The notes: a model not told the origin generated them from the sequence alone. DNA of 64,000 nucleotides from Tubiluchus corallicola (GCA_030141605.1 JAQGDQ010000156.1:1-64000); one strand, 5' to 3'; shown: positions 38,556 through 53,529, counted from the stretch's first letter. Numbers and translations: made by a program.

Positions 38556-40023
38556 TCATGCTCTAATACCGTATTTGTACATTATCGTATTCATTACTGC
38601 ACTCATTGAACTTGTAAATACTTGCAAACAAATAATGGCATATTGTTCAAGTGCTCTAGACTCTAAGTTTGTCAAGTGCTCTATTGTGTTTTTAGTAAAA
38701 TTAACATGTAAGGTAAAACTGGATGTGCAACTAAATGTTTTCTTTTATACCAGGTTGGGTTTATTTTTTTGTGTCCTAAATATTTACATCAATATTCGTA
38801 TCTAATAGAGCAAATTGTGCACTTATCAGGTATAGTTTAAAATGTGTTGTATGTCTTGTACCTTTCATAGGATAAAAAATTAAATTTCGGCTTGGTTTTC
38901 AATGGTATTTCTACGATTTTTTGCGGATGCACTCTGGTTTGATTTCAATGTTGCATTTTCCATGATTGCTTCATGAAAAAAAATGTATTGCAACTATATT
39001 GGTTTATTATAAATATGGTAGCTGATAATGTATTATAGTACAGTTTTGGTTTGTATTTTAAGATTGTAGTTTATGTTTGCTTGAATGTGCACTGTATGAT
39101 ACAGTACCTTAATTTACCACTGCTTTATCATCCTTTCACATTTGTTCAGCTCGTGTTCAGTACAGTATTAAAACTTGATTATTATTTGATAAACAAATGA
39201 AATAGCTATTGTCTTGAGCAGGTGGCACAAAGTGTGAAATTAATTGAGAATTTTCTTTGTATACCACTTAACTTAATCAAATGAAATTTGGCATGCGAAT
39301 AAGCGAATAATTTGGTTATTGGTTCTAAAAACCTACGATTTTAATATGTGAAAAGTATCGTTGCAAAGTATGTTATGGTAATGGAGTCAAATAAAAACTG
39401 TTACATGTAAAGAATGTTGTTAATCTACAGGTACGATTGCCAGTATTCTGTAAAGTACACCTGAATTGTGGGGACGTTTTTATTTCATTATAGCTGAATG
39501 CTACGAATCGCATTTCAAAGTAAAAAAACTTTCACTGCCGCATAATATAAATGTGACAGCTGCATTAATGCTCGAGTTTGCCGTATGAGATTAAAGTAAA
39601 AAACGTGAAATTCAAAACCAAACAGTTTTGTATTGTATTGTATTGTATTTTTGTATTGTACAACGACTTTTTTTGCATAAACCAAATAGTGACGTACAGG
39701 ATTTGTTTAAAACTTTAAAGAAAATTATTTTTCCTCTCTGTCTAATTTTTCACTGTTATGAACTTCAATAGGTAGTTAAAGAGACAATGTGTTTCTAAAA
39801 GCAACTGAAGGATACAAAAGTAAAACGTTCCCTATAGAACGTCGCATTATTTCAGTATAATTATTATTATCTGCAATGACAAGCTCGTAAAAATAACTTA
39901 AACATATAGACAAGTAGATTCTCTTTTAGAATGTCATGTTATTATGATGTTTATCTGCAGAGACAGCGCACAAACAGTGTCGCATTTTATGAATAACTGA
40001 CATGACTGAACAAAGACGTGAAG

Positions 40024-43000
40024 TTATTCTCGCGTAGAACTCCGTGCTATTTGTTCTTTCAGTATCAATATACTTTGCCTCTGTTCGGCCGGTAACATTG
40101 CGATCTGTTGATCTGTTAGCTGTAGTACCTGCATGATCAGTGCAGCCTGTTGAGAAAAATAAGACCAAATGAACAATTTGTACAATACGTTAAAGCAGGA
40201 TGAACAATTAGACAATACAGTTTAATATACTCTGACAAATCAAATCCACGATATACACAGACAGGACCAGAACAGTATTACTTCTGACAAGTTTCCTAAA
40301 GGATGAACAAACCCTCGAATACCATTTATTGCATTTTAATATACGATTAAAAATATTTAAATCGCCACAGAAAATATGCGCATAGAATGCTTTGCTTAAA
40401 AATGTAAAAGAAATTTGAATATTTCTTATATCCCAGCAAATGAGCATTGATGCCAGCATATTTGAAAAAAAAATTATGTAAGCTGGTGTACATTGGGCAG
40501 CATGAATGTCGTGAAGGTATGTGTTGCAAAATTTCTACAGTTTGCTTAAAAGTTCCGTTATTCTAATGTTGTGTTTAACTGTGTTTATCTAGAAATGAAT
40601 CGTTCAATCAATTATGATCAAATTTAAAGAGGTTACATTCCTTTAATCAACCTTAAAATGTGTAAGTAAATAACATTAATTGTGTAAATGATTAATTTAC
40701 AGATTTTTGTTAACTTGTAGATACGCATGTGAACTTGCCAACACGTAGCCGGGCTGGTTACTTAGTTTTTACAGTTCGCTCTATAACTTAGAAAATATTC
40801 TGAAGCACCTGGCGGGATAAGTGTTTATATTGCACGGATGACGCCCTTTGTTGTCTAAAATGAACGCCCCAAAGCGTAAAGTAATCACGACTTTAAATTG
40901 GTTTTACTAATTATGAGATGCTTATCACAACTTTATTGCTGAAACTTTCTAACATGTTTCCCAAATATTAAAATAAGCTCAACTTCCAAAGAGACTTGGT
41001 TTTTGCTTTAAGCATAAACAGATCTGCCGAAAAGAAAAATTTTTTTGGTGCAAGATCAAATTGGCCCACCTTCCAACTACATAACCAGTTTTCGGTCCTT
41101 TAATCAAGCAAGCATGTCTACTTAAAAAACTATGAAACTGTACAGTCAAAATAACTCACTACATTACCTAAACAAAATTACATTTTCTGTTTATTTCATA
41201 AATAAAGGTGAATTTTCCGCTTTTTTTTGCAAAGTTACGAATAACATCGTCAATGTCAACTTGTTCAAGTTCGTCTAGTATCTCTACTTCCTCTAACAAA
41301 TATTTCTTACAGCACTGGCTGCATTACAGAGTAAAAAGAAGATCAAGCACATAGATTCCTCCTGTGCTCCTATCGGGACTGCATATCTATATATTAATTC
41401 TACTGGTATATATATATATATATTTATTTATATATTAATTCTACTGGTATATATATATATATATAAGATTCGAGGCTACAGCTTCGACGAGGGCACCATT
41501 TGCGGCGATCTATACATCAAACGAAAGGTCTCGATCTAGTGTCGTCTCATTGATGGTTTATTTTTCGAAACGGGCCCACCGGGAGGAAGGGGTGGCAAAA
41601 AACCTCCAAAAATGGCCATTTTTCGGCTTTTTTTGCAAAAGTTGTACGGCTGAGATGTAGAGAACGGGAACGGGCCGAGGGTGGTGCTGGGTATGAATAG
41701 ATAGCCCGTTCAGCGGTGGGTGTAGTAGGCATATTTAGAATACGCAAAATGTTTTGCAGGGCCTTTGCTAGTCTATAATTAATATATTATATTTGAACTG
41801 CTAATTCATTAAAATTAGGTGCTTTATTTTAGTAATGGCTGCTGGGAAAAAACTGTCCTATAACATATAAGTGTGTGAACTTTAGATCTTGAAAAAGAGG
41901 GCATCTCCAGTTATTTCAAATGGAAAACCCCAATATGTCTGCTAGCAATAGAAGCAAAAGGCTACTAAACACTATTTTCAAGGTATGAGCTATCTAAAAA
42001 AATTTGAAATCCCAATTATCCCCATCAATGATTTTCTACCTCAACTCCATACAAACTATTCATCAAACCTGTGCACTATTATCAAGGTAAACAATATTTC
42101 TGAAAATAATCTCTGACCTCATCAACATACTGACACAAAAATTAAAACCATTCCGGTAAGAGATAATACGTATTTTCAATTATTAAGCTTTCAATCAAAA
42201 TTATTGTGCGCATTATTTGTTTCGAATTGTGGCGGCATGGTGTCACGCTGGCTGTTCTACGCATTTTTCAACTGTACAACCGGGCCTAAAGCACAAGAAA
42301 ACCCTCCACTTAATAAAGCTTAAAAAATTTGTCTCAAAATTTTATACAACTTACATACTACCATTTCGCATGCAGGGCCTGCATTGGCCAAAATGCTGTA
42401 TAAAACGTGTAAATTTAAACTCCCGCGATGACTGTTAGGTGCAGCCATTTTGATGGTATCTCGTTTGAAACAAGTTTAGATAACACTGAGTAAAGTTTGA
42501 AAAAATAATCAGAGCATTTGTAGCATTCATGTTGCTAACTAAGTAAAATTTTAGATTACTGTATCTTGTCAACAAGATTTACAAATATGTTTTTTGATAG
42601 TGAGTGGCGCACCCTGGAGGTAAGTCAGCAACATTTTACCAATTGGCTCAAACATTTTGCCAGGAACAGTATTGCGGGAGACTTAAAATGAAAACAAACA
42701 AAACTTCCTTTCAACACGAGTACGATATATGCATAAAATTGCTGTAAAGTAGTATAATTTTTTAAGGCAATTTTTCTGAAACTTACTTCACTTGTTGTCC
42801 TTTAAAAGACTGAAAGCACTCCCTATACAAAAAATCTCTGTAAATAAGGTATGATATGGCTTGATGATATCCTGATCTCACTATATGGACATAATCATAA
42901 AGACAAAGTGCCCTTTAAGATTGACACTTTGCAAATTGTAGATATGATTCCATTTAATGTGTTTTCTCTAAAGTCATGTCTCAACTAAGTAAATATTGCA

Positions 43001-46000
43001 ATAGATGCATACCTTTTCCTGGTCCTGTTGTGTAATACCACCTGCTGAAGTTGGTTGTGGAGGGCCCGCCACACCGCCGGCAGCAAGAAAACCAGCGGCT
43101 GCAGCTCCGACAGCACCAGCTCCCATTTGCCCTGAGGGAGCATTACGTCCAGGTGGAGCACCGCGAGGATCACGAGGCATTGGACCGCCCATACTCCTCG
43201 CATCGTTAGCCATTGCCCTGGGATCTGCCGGCATGGGTCTCATGTCACCAGCCATGGATGTGGGCATGCCTCTGGGATCTGCAGGAATGCCTCTGGGATC
43301 TGCGGGCATGGCCCTAGGATCAGAGGGCATGCCTCTAGGATCCCTAGGATCAATCCCTCGTGCTCTTGGATCTAATGAAAAACATGAATAAGTGCTTAAA
43401 TTTTATTTTTGCATTATGTAGTTCGACCATGCATGCCAAAAAGAAATCATCTTGGTTAAACAAGTTCACTCCTAATCCATCTACTGATGACCTTAGGCTA
43501 GTAAGCAAAACAATTTAGTAAATGGAGTGTTAAAAAGGGGAAGAAAAGTTTAGAGAAAATTACAGAGAGAAAACCTGTAACATAACTTATCTGCAAGACA
43601 ATATTTTTGTAACTTTATTTTTTTCCACAAAAGCATTCTGTTGTTATAATACAATGGTCAGCATAGGTGCAAAAAAACAAGATCTCATGGAATGCAAAAT
43701 TTGCGAATGTTGATAAAAATTTTGAACTAACAAGCCAGTGTCAGTGGAATTTATTATAACAAAAAAAACAAATTATATACAACAGCACTATTACAATAAT
43801 ATATATGTAGGTTTATGTGAAGTGGGTTTTCCAGAAAGTAACATCAAATTCCAAAAAAACATCAAAATTATTAGAGATAGCCACTAGAAAAAATTATTTT
43901 ACAGATATACCTAATGGCCCAGCTCTGGATGAAGGTGGAATTTGAGCATCTAATCTAGGTATGTCCTCCGGGGGTGCACCAGATCCAGGGAATGGAGGCC
44001 TCATATTAACAGGTGGACCCATTCGTGGCCCTGTTGTTATCATGTTAAAAAATTAATTACAAATGTAACATAAAGATAATGATTATTTATAATACAGTTC
44101 AAGATACTAATTACAACATGACCATTTACTATTTATATGATTTACTGAGTACTTTAGTAATCATTAAAGCAACAATAATTAGAAAGTCTGAAAAATGTTT
44201 GCGCCTTTCCTGGTAGCTATATGCTAGTCATTAGATCACAGTGGTACTTTATACGTTTTGCTTTATAAGTTTATAGAAAATTTACTTTATAAGTTTGTAG
44301 AAAAATCTCTTGTAAATCACCATACTAACTTAAACTCTTATGCATAAACACTCCCAGTACACACGTACATAAAATGCTTCAGTTCAGTTACGGTTCTCAT
44401 TCATTATTGCACTGCACCACACATCCTCAATTGACATAAGGCATTTAAGCACCAAGATCTGTGACACAAGATTTCACTCACACAAACTGATAAAACTCTA
44501 CAAACTGTCACCAATATTAGCCAGTAAAGCTAATGGCCATTCTTTATAAGAATGTATGAACTCTTGACGATTGCATAAGAAACTGATCCAAGTATCTACA
44601 TGTTGAAATTCCACAATAGGGATTATTAAAATGAAAACATACACATAGTTTTCTGCACTAATGAAGTCTGCTCACATTTAATTAAGTTGATCATACATTG
44701 CTTCCAAAGCAGAAAAAATTACAATAAAAACAGAAAAAAGCAAACTCACCTCTCGGATCTCCCAGTAATGGCTCCGGGCCAGGTGGTCTGTCACCAAGCA
44801 ATGCTGGCTTCGGCCCTGATCCCCGAGGAGGACCAGACACAGGTGGACCTCCAAATCCAGACTGAGGTGGACCACTAAACATACCAGCTGTCAACAAAAG
44901 TAATACCATTTGATTGGCCATGGTATGTCATTAGCAAATAAAGTTAAACAAGCCAAGTCTGGACAGTTTTATTTACTAATTCTGGCACTTACCTCTTAAG
45001 GGCAGACATATTCACACCTAAATGAGGATAAAACAGCTCAGCCAGTCTAGTGCCTCATTTTAAGAATTAACCGTGATAATGATAGGTTTCAGTCTTGTCA
45101 CAGCCAGTCAAATTAAACAGACTCAACTAGTGAATGTTGGATCCATACCAGCTTATAGTATGCCAAAATGAATAAAAACCATTACTATTCTTAACAATTA
45201 CATGCAAAATGTACGTTAATTACACAACTGAGATAATTACGTATGGCTATGTTACTGGCAGCACCACACATATGTGGCATATTTTAGATTTTTTAGTGGC
45301 AATTTCAACTTTTACTGTACTATCATTGCACATACAGCATTTACGATAACATCTTACATCTTTGTTGTAAACGCATGTCTTGATCAATATCAGCCTGTGA
45401 AAATTGAGGTGACTGTTGCTGCAATGGTGACTGTGCCATGGGTGCTGACATTGGCGATTGTGCTGCTGGGGGTGGTGGATTTTGCTGCTCATTCAAAACA
45501 ATAGGAGGAATCTGATCTCTTTGTCTGTGTAACATTGCCTACAAAAGTTGAACAGAAATGATTAAAACAGCATTCAGTAGAGTTTCACCCATTCTTTTTT
45601 CTAACAACAATCATCTCATGATTTCGCTATAAAAGTTTTTTGCAACTTCTTCGCTGTTACGTGCATTTTGGCATTTGCTAGTTAGATGGGCACTAGCGCA
45701 TACATCTCAAAAACACGTTGAACAAAAAACAGGTGATGTACCTCTCAGTTCAGAAGTGTTCGGTTCTGACATAGTACACATGTTCGATAGCTCGTGCGTA
45801 AGCACAACAGTAAATTTGAAATTTGAACTTAAAATTTGCAGAGTTTATGTATATCACATTGAATGTTGTACAGTTGCACTGTACTTCAATTTTTGCTTTC
45901 GCAAACACATGCAACACGCTCATGCAATGTATGTGCTTTTAAAAATTTAGTTCAGTTGTGACGTCATCACTTTGGTGGGTTCACCGACATTACATAAGCT

Positions 46001-49000
46001 TCTAACCTATTAACTTAATTATCAGAAATGCTTTGGCATTATTACAGGTGTTAAAATGTATACTTTTTACTGCACTTCAAAATGGAACTGGACGTGAAAT
46101 ATCATCCCATTTTCTTTTAAAATTTACACCCATGATCTCTTCCAATTAACCACGATCACATCAACTGGTTGTTCATCAACACTGCTACAGTTCAATCTTT
46201 TCACAAAATTTATTATAATCAGTCATAAGTTTATATAGATGACTTGTGGTCAAACGAACATGTCTCTTTCATGGTAACACATTAAGTATCCATTTTGCTT
46301 GCCAAAGATAAGAATGAAAATGTGTGAATAGACAGGGCAGAAAATAATGAATACTCCAGCAAATTATTATTATTGTTGTTGTTTGATTATTTAATGCTTA
46401 CGTTGCCAGCATATTTATGTACAACAGCGAAACTTGGGTTTTAATGATTACTCAAGAAAAACAGGTTGACACATTTCGTAGAAGTCTTCTAAGGAAAGTT
46501 TTAAAGATAAGATGGCCATATATAATCAAAAATGAAGATTTATACACCTGAATGAAAGAAATTTCTTGGAGTTCAAAAGTCAAGATCCGAAGATTAAGAT
46601 GGCTAGGACATTTTCTAAGATTAACAAATGAAGCACCAGAAAGAATTACCTTAAAGGAAGCCTTAAAACCTTGCAAAAAACAATCTTGCAAAACCTAAAA
46701 CAACTTGGATAGTAAGATAAATAAAGATGTTCAACAACTTCAACCAAATCTATCTTTAGGAGTAGAACTTACGCTGTTAGCTTGCAGATAGAAGTGGGTG
46801 AAATACTCTAATAAATGTTGATACCTCAATGCTTACAATAGGTGGAATGAGACTTCGAAGAAGAAAATAATGAAATCTCAATAAACTTGCATTGTTTCCG
46901 TAAAAAGACAAAACGCAAAAAAGCGCCTCCAAGTGTTATTCATCAAAAAAAAGTTGAACGTGGAAAGTTTTTATGTTTTTCAGAAAATGAAAAGTTTGAA
47001 GAAATCATGTCAAAACACGTACCACAGCAACTTTTGGATCAATAACTTTCATAATGACTTGAGCTTGAAGCAATGCATAAGCCAGCTGAGGATTCTGTAG
47101 CAGCATGTTTCGAGCCTCATTCGGATTATTCTGTATACACAACTGCAAAAGAAATTATAACAATCAATCAGACTAAAACTATAAATGAAATCCTAATCAC
47201 ATGCCAGCTTTCTAACTTACAAAAATGTTTAGATTAAATGGCGGACAATTTTATAGTTAATGCTCCTCTTCCTTGCAATTTTTTCAAAATCTTGTACAAT
47301 CAATAGCAGACAGAAACATACAAACTTAGAATCAGAATTGGTTAAACTACAAGAAAACACTATTCGAGACTAAAGCATAAAAAGCCGTCTTGAAATTTTA
47401 TATCACTTACAGCACTTGATGCACACAAAACTTGTATTAGTTAGCAGTAGTGCTGTACAAAATTTGTATATTTAAGCTCTCGCAATGACAATTGGGCACA
47501 CCCACTTTAACATTAGGATGTTTAAAACATGTGTAAAAAAATAATCAGGGCATTCTTTGCTAACCAAGCAAAAAACAAATTACTTTGTATTATCAGTAAA
47601 ATTAATAATGTATTTTTTGGTGTTAGCGGTGCACACTGGGATGATAATACAGCGATGTTTTACAAGTTGGTGCAAAGATATTAAATTATTAAGAATTTTC
47701 TTTTCAGTTACGTAAGTCTTTCAAGCAGTTAAGCTTACGTAAGTCTTTCAAGCAGTTAAGCACAGTAACATAACTTTGTATAGAAACTTTTCTGGTACAT
47801 ACTTTAGAACTCTCCTTTCTTCCCATTTAAAAAATAAATAATTAATTAATTAATAATAATCTACATTCAGTTTTGTACGATTTGGCTCACTGCAAGCTAC
47901 AACCCCAGCAATCAACAAGATGGCCTATTTAGTTTGGATGGTAGTGACAAGGCCTGAACCCCTCAAGGCTATGCTTCTGAGCCAGTGAACCAGCAGAGGT
48001 AGCTTAGCCAAATTCCAATGTAAACACATGCAATGTCCACCCTCTATGAGACGAACCAGAATCAGCAAAGCGAATGAAACTGCCCAGAGCGAGCATTCAT
48101 CTCATTCACCCATAAACTTACTGACCAGCCTTAGCACTAATCTGCAGTTTGTGTCACTCATACCACAGTGCAGTGACCACTTGGCCTTGAGCCCCAAATC
48201 TGTGCTAAATTAGACTATACCTTACCTTCATCTGTTTCATGAGCTCATACATCTGCTCAGGTGGTAAACTGGCTACAGCCTTGGATATTGCCTCTGGTGC
48301 TTGTTCTGGATGAACGGGCTCACCGTATAGACTCTCAGCGCGTGGTCCACCCAATGCTTGTTGAAGCTCTGTGAAACAATATTGAGAATTTCAGCAATAT
48401 TTATTTAAAATTTATGCGTTTCTACGGTTCTACAACGTGTAACAAGCAAAATTGGAGAGATTTTACCAGTGACTTGACTGTGAGAACAGTGCTGAATCAA
48501 TACAGCAGCACTTTGCAAAATAAAAAGCTCAAAAGAAAGCACACGCATTTCTTAAAGAAACTGATCAAAATCATAGCGCCACCAGCTGCACTCATAATCA
48601 ACTAAACATTAGAGCTGTAACGATATACCTATGTAACGATACGATACATATCGGGATACTAACTTCACGATACGATGCATATCGCGATACTAACTTCACG
48701 ATACTATACATATTGCGATACTAACTTCACGATACGATATGTGTCGCGACACACATTGAGTTAACATTCGTAGGGTTTAATAAAAAACAAGATTAAGCTG
48801 TTGATACATTACATGCATATATTAAATTTATCAAACAATTTTAACATTGAAAAATGCTAAAATAATTCAGCCATTTCAGAAACTTGTAAGCACTGAGCTT
48901 TCAACAGCTTTGATTTGGCTGGCTACTAGCAGCAGGTCTGCCTTTGTCAAGGTCAAGCTTCCTACATATGATTGAATTGTTTGACACTGTGTTTATCAGC

Positions 49001-52000
49001 AGGCAGTCTAGCTTTTGCTAAATGCTAATGATTCACATTATCGCAATACTGAAGCATTTTGACGATACGCGTATTGTTACGATACATCGATGTATCATTA
49101 CAGGCCTACTAAATGAACAGCTTTGTGGCATTTAGTAAACAATCTAGCTTTTTAGTTTCACTCACGTTTTAATTCCTCTTTATTTTTTTCACTTGCGGCA
49201 TGATCAACTCTTAAAGTTCGTCCATTTAGCTCATACCCGTTAAGATTACGCATAGCACTGAGTGCCGTCTCTTGGTCTTTGTATTCGCAGAAGCCATAGC
49301 CTTTGGGCTTCCCAGTTTCTCTATCGTAAACGAGTCTGAAAGAGGAGAAAATGACTGTTAACAGCAGTTAGACGCATTAATAAATAATAAAATTCGAGAT
49401 TAAAGCAATTTTTAAGGAAGAAAGAATTGAGCATCGTTAGTGATTTTATACAAACATATAAATAATTCATCATGCTACTTTACTAAACACACTTTTAAAT
49501 CTGCATCAAAAAATATTTTTTCTGTTTCTGAAAAGCTATGACAAGGTGGGCTTAGTTAGTCTGGCATTTTCAAACACTACTTCTTCTACCAAACATTGAA
49601 GAGTTCTAGGAGACTTACTTGAATTTCAGCACTGGTCCAACTTGGCCGAAAATCTCTTGCAATAGTTCCTCCGAAGCATCGTATGAAATATTACCAACTA
49701 AAGCAACCACAAAGTATTTGAACATAGGTAATTCAGAAAACGACTGGTCAACATGAATACCTTAGACATGTATCCCGCTCAATTATCTTAACTGCTAGTG
49801 ATTTCGCACTTTATACAGTAATCGTTATACTCACAGTCAGCCATAATTATTGCGTAAGATTTCTGCGCCCTACATAGGAATGCATCGAATATTCGGATCA
49901 CATAATTTTTTTCCGGAATATCAGTATAAAAATCCGGTCCAGTAAACTTTGGTGGTAACCACTAAAAGTTTGCTGGTCCTTTCGGTATATCGAAGTTTTC
50001 TTTTTTAATAATTGTCACATTTGATGAAAATTATATTAAACAAACCAAATATTTCCTGTTTATAAAAATTATCTAGAATAAGCTGATAGTAAACAGCGAA
50101 CACTGCACAACAGGTGACATTTTGCTTTTTGTTTCTGTAGGATAACTCGAAGAATGCAATGTACCATCGGTACACAAGTACTGTCAATGTGCAATGGCGT
50201 GGCGGTGCTGTATTTACTTATACACACGATGGAATAAATCAATAAGAACTGGAGCTAGTAAATAAATATACCATTGCAGTTTTGCTTAAAGGCTTATATA
50301 ACCCCAAAAAGCATTAAAGTTTTTTAAATGCAGTATTAAGATTAAATAACTCATAATTATCATTAAACGAAGGAAACTTATAATAAATTGAATCAACTGG
50401 TAACAAATGCCTGCATATGGGAAAACAGTTTACATAAGCAGTGACCTTACTGCAGCACCATAACTATAAAATAAGCACAAAGACAACTAGACCAGGCAGT
50501 ACAGTGTAATCAATAAGGCGTCTCCTTTCCGTCTAGAAGGTTGTGAGTTCAATACACAGCTAGGTAATACCAAATGCTTTTAAAACAGTGCCAGCTGTTG
50601 AACTGTCAGGCACATGGGGTAAAAATAGCGGCAATAATGACCTCTGTATTATAACCAGGTGCAGTTTATTATTTAGAGTCGGCAACAAAACTCACGGCAG
50701 ACTTGTGTTGTCTGTTGAATTAAAAGCCGACTTTAAATAAAGGTTATTATTGTTCGTATTATTATTATGATTATTATTAAGTAATACTATATAATACTGG
50801 TATCTCAGACTCTCTGTACGCCACTAGCCGAAGTGCTTGTGCTAAATTTGCAGAAAAGCCAGTGTCATACATGGGCAGCCAAAGTACGGCACTGGCGATT
50901 TCTGTCTTAGAATCGAGAATTATGACATGATAAAACATAAAACTAAATTTGTTTTAGAAAAAAAGTAACTTTATAGCAATGAGGGATAATCCTTGACAAT
51001 TATGCATTTTTTTACAGTAATATCATCATTATTATTAGCTCCATCAATATCATCATTAAACTAAGTATCTTGTGCTATAAGGAAAGAAACTATGTAGGGC
51101 ATATAGCTTGCTAGCTCGCTTACTTAGTAGAAAACAATTATTTGTCCAAGAAGTAATAAAATGGATTACCTGTCTGTGAAGTGAGACAAAATAAAAAATG
51201 ATATACCTTAAACGAATGTTGCAATCGCCTAAAAAGCAGGTTTATTTCATTTCAAAAAAATTAATATCGAAGCCAAATTTAATATTGGCGATTCTACTAG
51301 CTTAGAATAAGATTCTTTTATTTTATCGGATGTATAATAAATTGTTCAACGTGTAGTGACATTTTCAATAATTATTATTAAATAAACAAAGACATCAGAT
51401 GCTGCCAGTACTATAACTGACTCATTGCATGACCTGTCTCTAGTGTCCATACGTAGGCAGCCCATGTACGACGCATCCTACTTGGGCTAGTCCATGTACA
51501 CCAATTGTCCTACTTCAGCTAATGTCCTACTCCGCTCCCAAGGCGATCAATAATGATCATTTCTGCAGCAACACAATGGGAATATCTCGCTCATTGCAAC
51601 ACATGAAAAACGGTACAATAGCCAGGCTGCCAGACCCTTCAAGGTGGTGTTATTACACTTTTCAAGGCTATCAGGTTTTATATAATTATAAATTTAAATT
51701 ATAATTATAGGCGTTTGCCGGCTTCAGGTGGTGTCGCATGTGCAAAAATGTACGAAACTCTGTGTGATGCAAACACTATAACTTAAAAATAATTCAAACG
51801 CTGATACAAAAACCCTAGCCTAAATACAATCGGGACTTTCCAGCAAAAAGAACAGTTATAATGATTTAAACATTAAGTCCTGTCAAATGGACCTGCACTA
51901 CAAGATGACGCTCAGTCTAGCCAGCGTATTGCAATTCCTCAGGCTTGTATTTTCGCGATAAATATTGTAGCCAGGTAGCCCAGATAATAACTCTAAAAGA

Positions 52001-52085
52001 CACTGTGATCAATACACATAAACTTACCAAAAACAGATCTCATAGACTTTTCCGCCGCAGATAATGCTCCACTGACAGTCGCCAT
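40024..52085 (-). CDS. CSTF2: Cleavage stimulation factor 64 kDa subunit (CstF-64), 10 coding exons
   Basis: Phase-consistent GT-AG exons: 52085-52028, 49697-49619, 49335-49166, 48368-48226, 47142-47023, 45538-45358, 44887-44750, 44030-43911, 43371-43013, 40146-40024. RRM (RSVFVGNI...[15 protein letters not shown]), hinge ([25 protein letters not shown]...[12 protein letters not shown]), C-terminus [37 protein letters not shown]. Confidence 0.96.
40277..41010. mobile_element. Non-autonomous DNA transposon, homologous (inverted) to 56211-57523
   Basis: The ends taaaggatgaacaaaccctcgaa... and ...aacttccaaagagacttggtttttgctttaa match the reverse complement of 57481-57523 and 56211-56250; TTAA-type termini. 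Confidence 0.7.
42400..42806. repeat. Dispersed repeat shared with 29418-29575
   Basis: Shared blocks aaaacgtgtaaatttaaactc and ttcctttcaac.cgagtacgatatatgcataaaa...tgtaaagta.tataattttttaaggc. Confidence 0.7.
46430..46865 (+). mobile_element. RTE-like LINE 3' fragment in a CSTF2 intron
   Basis: Translation [23 protein letters not shown]...[14 protein letters not shown] is a typical RTE C-terminal region; short (GAA)n tail. Confidence 0.8.
48610..49108. mobile_element. hAT-like MITE with ACGATAC subrepeats
   Basis: Termini tagagctgtaacgata / tatcattacaggccta; degenerate 8-bp TSD ctaaacat/ctaaatga. Confidence 0.65.
50495..50775 (+). mobile_element. tRNA-derived SINE remnant
   Basis: Degenerate A/B-box head (..gagttcaatac), gtaataccaaatgcttttaaaacagt core, and AATAAA plus (TTA)n tail. 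Confidence 0.5.
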
Positions 52086-52385
52086 TTTCGAAACATTGAA
52101 ATGGCTACAGGCTGCAGTAAACCAAAAACGAAATTAACGCATTTAAGTCGCGTCTTATTTATGAACACAATGGTTGCATGAAGACGAGACGCCGTGTTAC
52201 GCCTCTCTGGTCTCTAGCTAACACTTCCTAAGTTGTTATTAAAGTGTTGGTGCACAATTTAAGGCCTACTATGTTTTTTAATAGACTGTAAATTAAACCA
52301 TCATAGACAAGGGTTCGATTCTCAGTTGAATCATATCAAAGTTGTCAATAGTACTATAATATTATAGCTAAACATGTTCAGCTAA

Positions 52386-52777
52386 TAGGGGTGAGCATTC
52401 TTTACCAGAAAGCGAATTCGAATCGAACCGAATTTGTGACTTTCGAATTCGAATCGAACCAAACTTCAGTGTTTCGAATTCGAACCGAATTCGAATTGAG
52501 ATCGAAAGATTTTCGAACAAGTTTTCGAACCACCAGCAAAAATTAGTCTTACAAAGATCATGCATATCACTAGATTTTGTTCTGCAATATAACGACTAGT
52601 AATTATTTTAAAATTATGTGCAGAAATCACAGCCAAATTATGCTAATTGCATGATGTTTCAATCGTTTTAGTGATAAAGAACATGTGTGATTGAAGTGCT
52701 GAATTATTCGAATCTATAGTTTTGGATTCGAATCCAGTTCGAACTAAAAAAACTCGAACGTTCGATGCTCGCCCCTA
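52386..52777. mobile_element. hAT-like MITE rich in TTCGAA, copy 1
   Basis: TIRs taggggtgagcat / atgctcgccccta; 8-bp TSD tcagctaa/tctgctaa. Confidence 0.75.
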
Positions 52778-52822
52778 TCTGCTAAACGTGCATATTTATC
52801 AAAGAAATATACAGACAGTAAT

Positions 52823-53287
52823 TAGGGGTGAACATCTAATGTTCAATTCGAATGAGTTTTTTAAATTCGAATAATTTGATTCAAACCTAAATCATGGATT
52901 CGAATAATTTGTTCACCACTTAATACATATACATATGTATGCATGAAAGTGCAAATAAATAAACTAAACTAAACCCAAACTTACATGTTCATTATTAAAA
53001 TGTTGCAATCTACGCAATTTAGCACGATTTTTGTACATAATTTTTAAACAAATTATCAAATTTTGTGTTTTTACTGCAGGAAAAAATCAAACAATACATT
53101 ATGACCTTCGCAAAACTGCAGACTGCTCTTTATTTAGGATTCGAAAATTTATTCCAATTCTGAACTTTAAACATGAATTCGAATTTGATTTGCATTCGAA
53201 ATTTTGAAACTCGGTTTGATACAAGTTTAAAACCCAAAACTTGATTTGATTTCAACTCGCTTTCTGATAGGGATATGCTCACCCTTA
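52823..53287. mobile_element. hAT-like MITE rich in TTCGAA, copy 2 (inverted)
   Basis: TIRs taggggtgaacat / atgctcaccctta; TSD acagtaat/acagtata; its right end matches the reverse complement of the left end of copy 1. Confidence 0.7.
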
Positions 53288-53349
53288 ACAGTATATAGAA
53301 AAATCCAAAACTTTTAACGTTTCTATCCCTGGATTATGATTTAAGCAAA

Positions 53350-53473
53350 ATTATTACTGTTGTTACTATTATTGTTATTGTTGTATATTGTCTTATTATT
53401 GTTATTATTATTATAATTATTATCATTGTCATCATCATTATTACTACTACTACAACTAATACTGCTGCTGCTG

Positions 53474-53529
<56 letters not shown>

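Noticed and set aside
50495-50570. tRNA gene
   Set aside because: No intact cloverleaf; it is followed by a SINE-like body and tail.
52410-53230. TTCGAA clusters as heat-shock elements
   Set aside because: The spacing mostly does not fit nGAAnnTTCn arrays, and the motifs are explained as MITE subterminal repeats.
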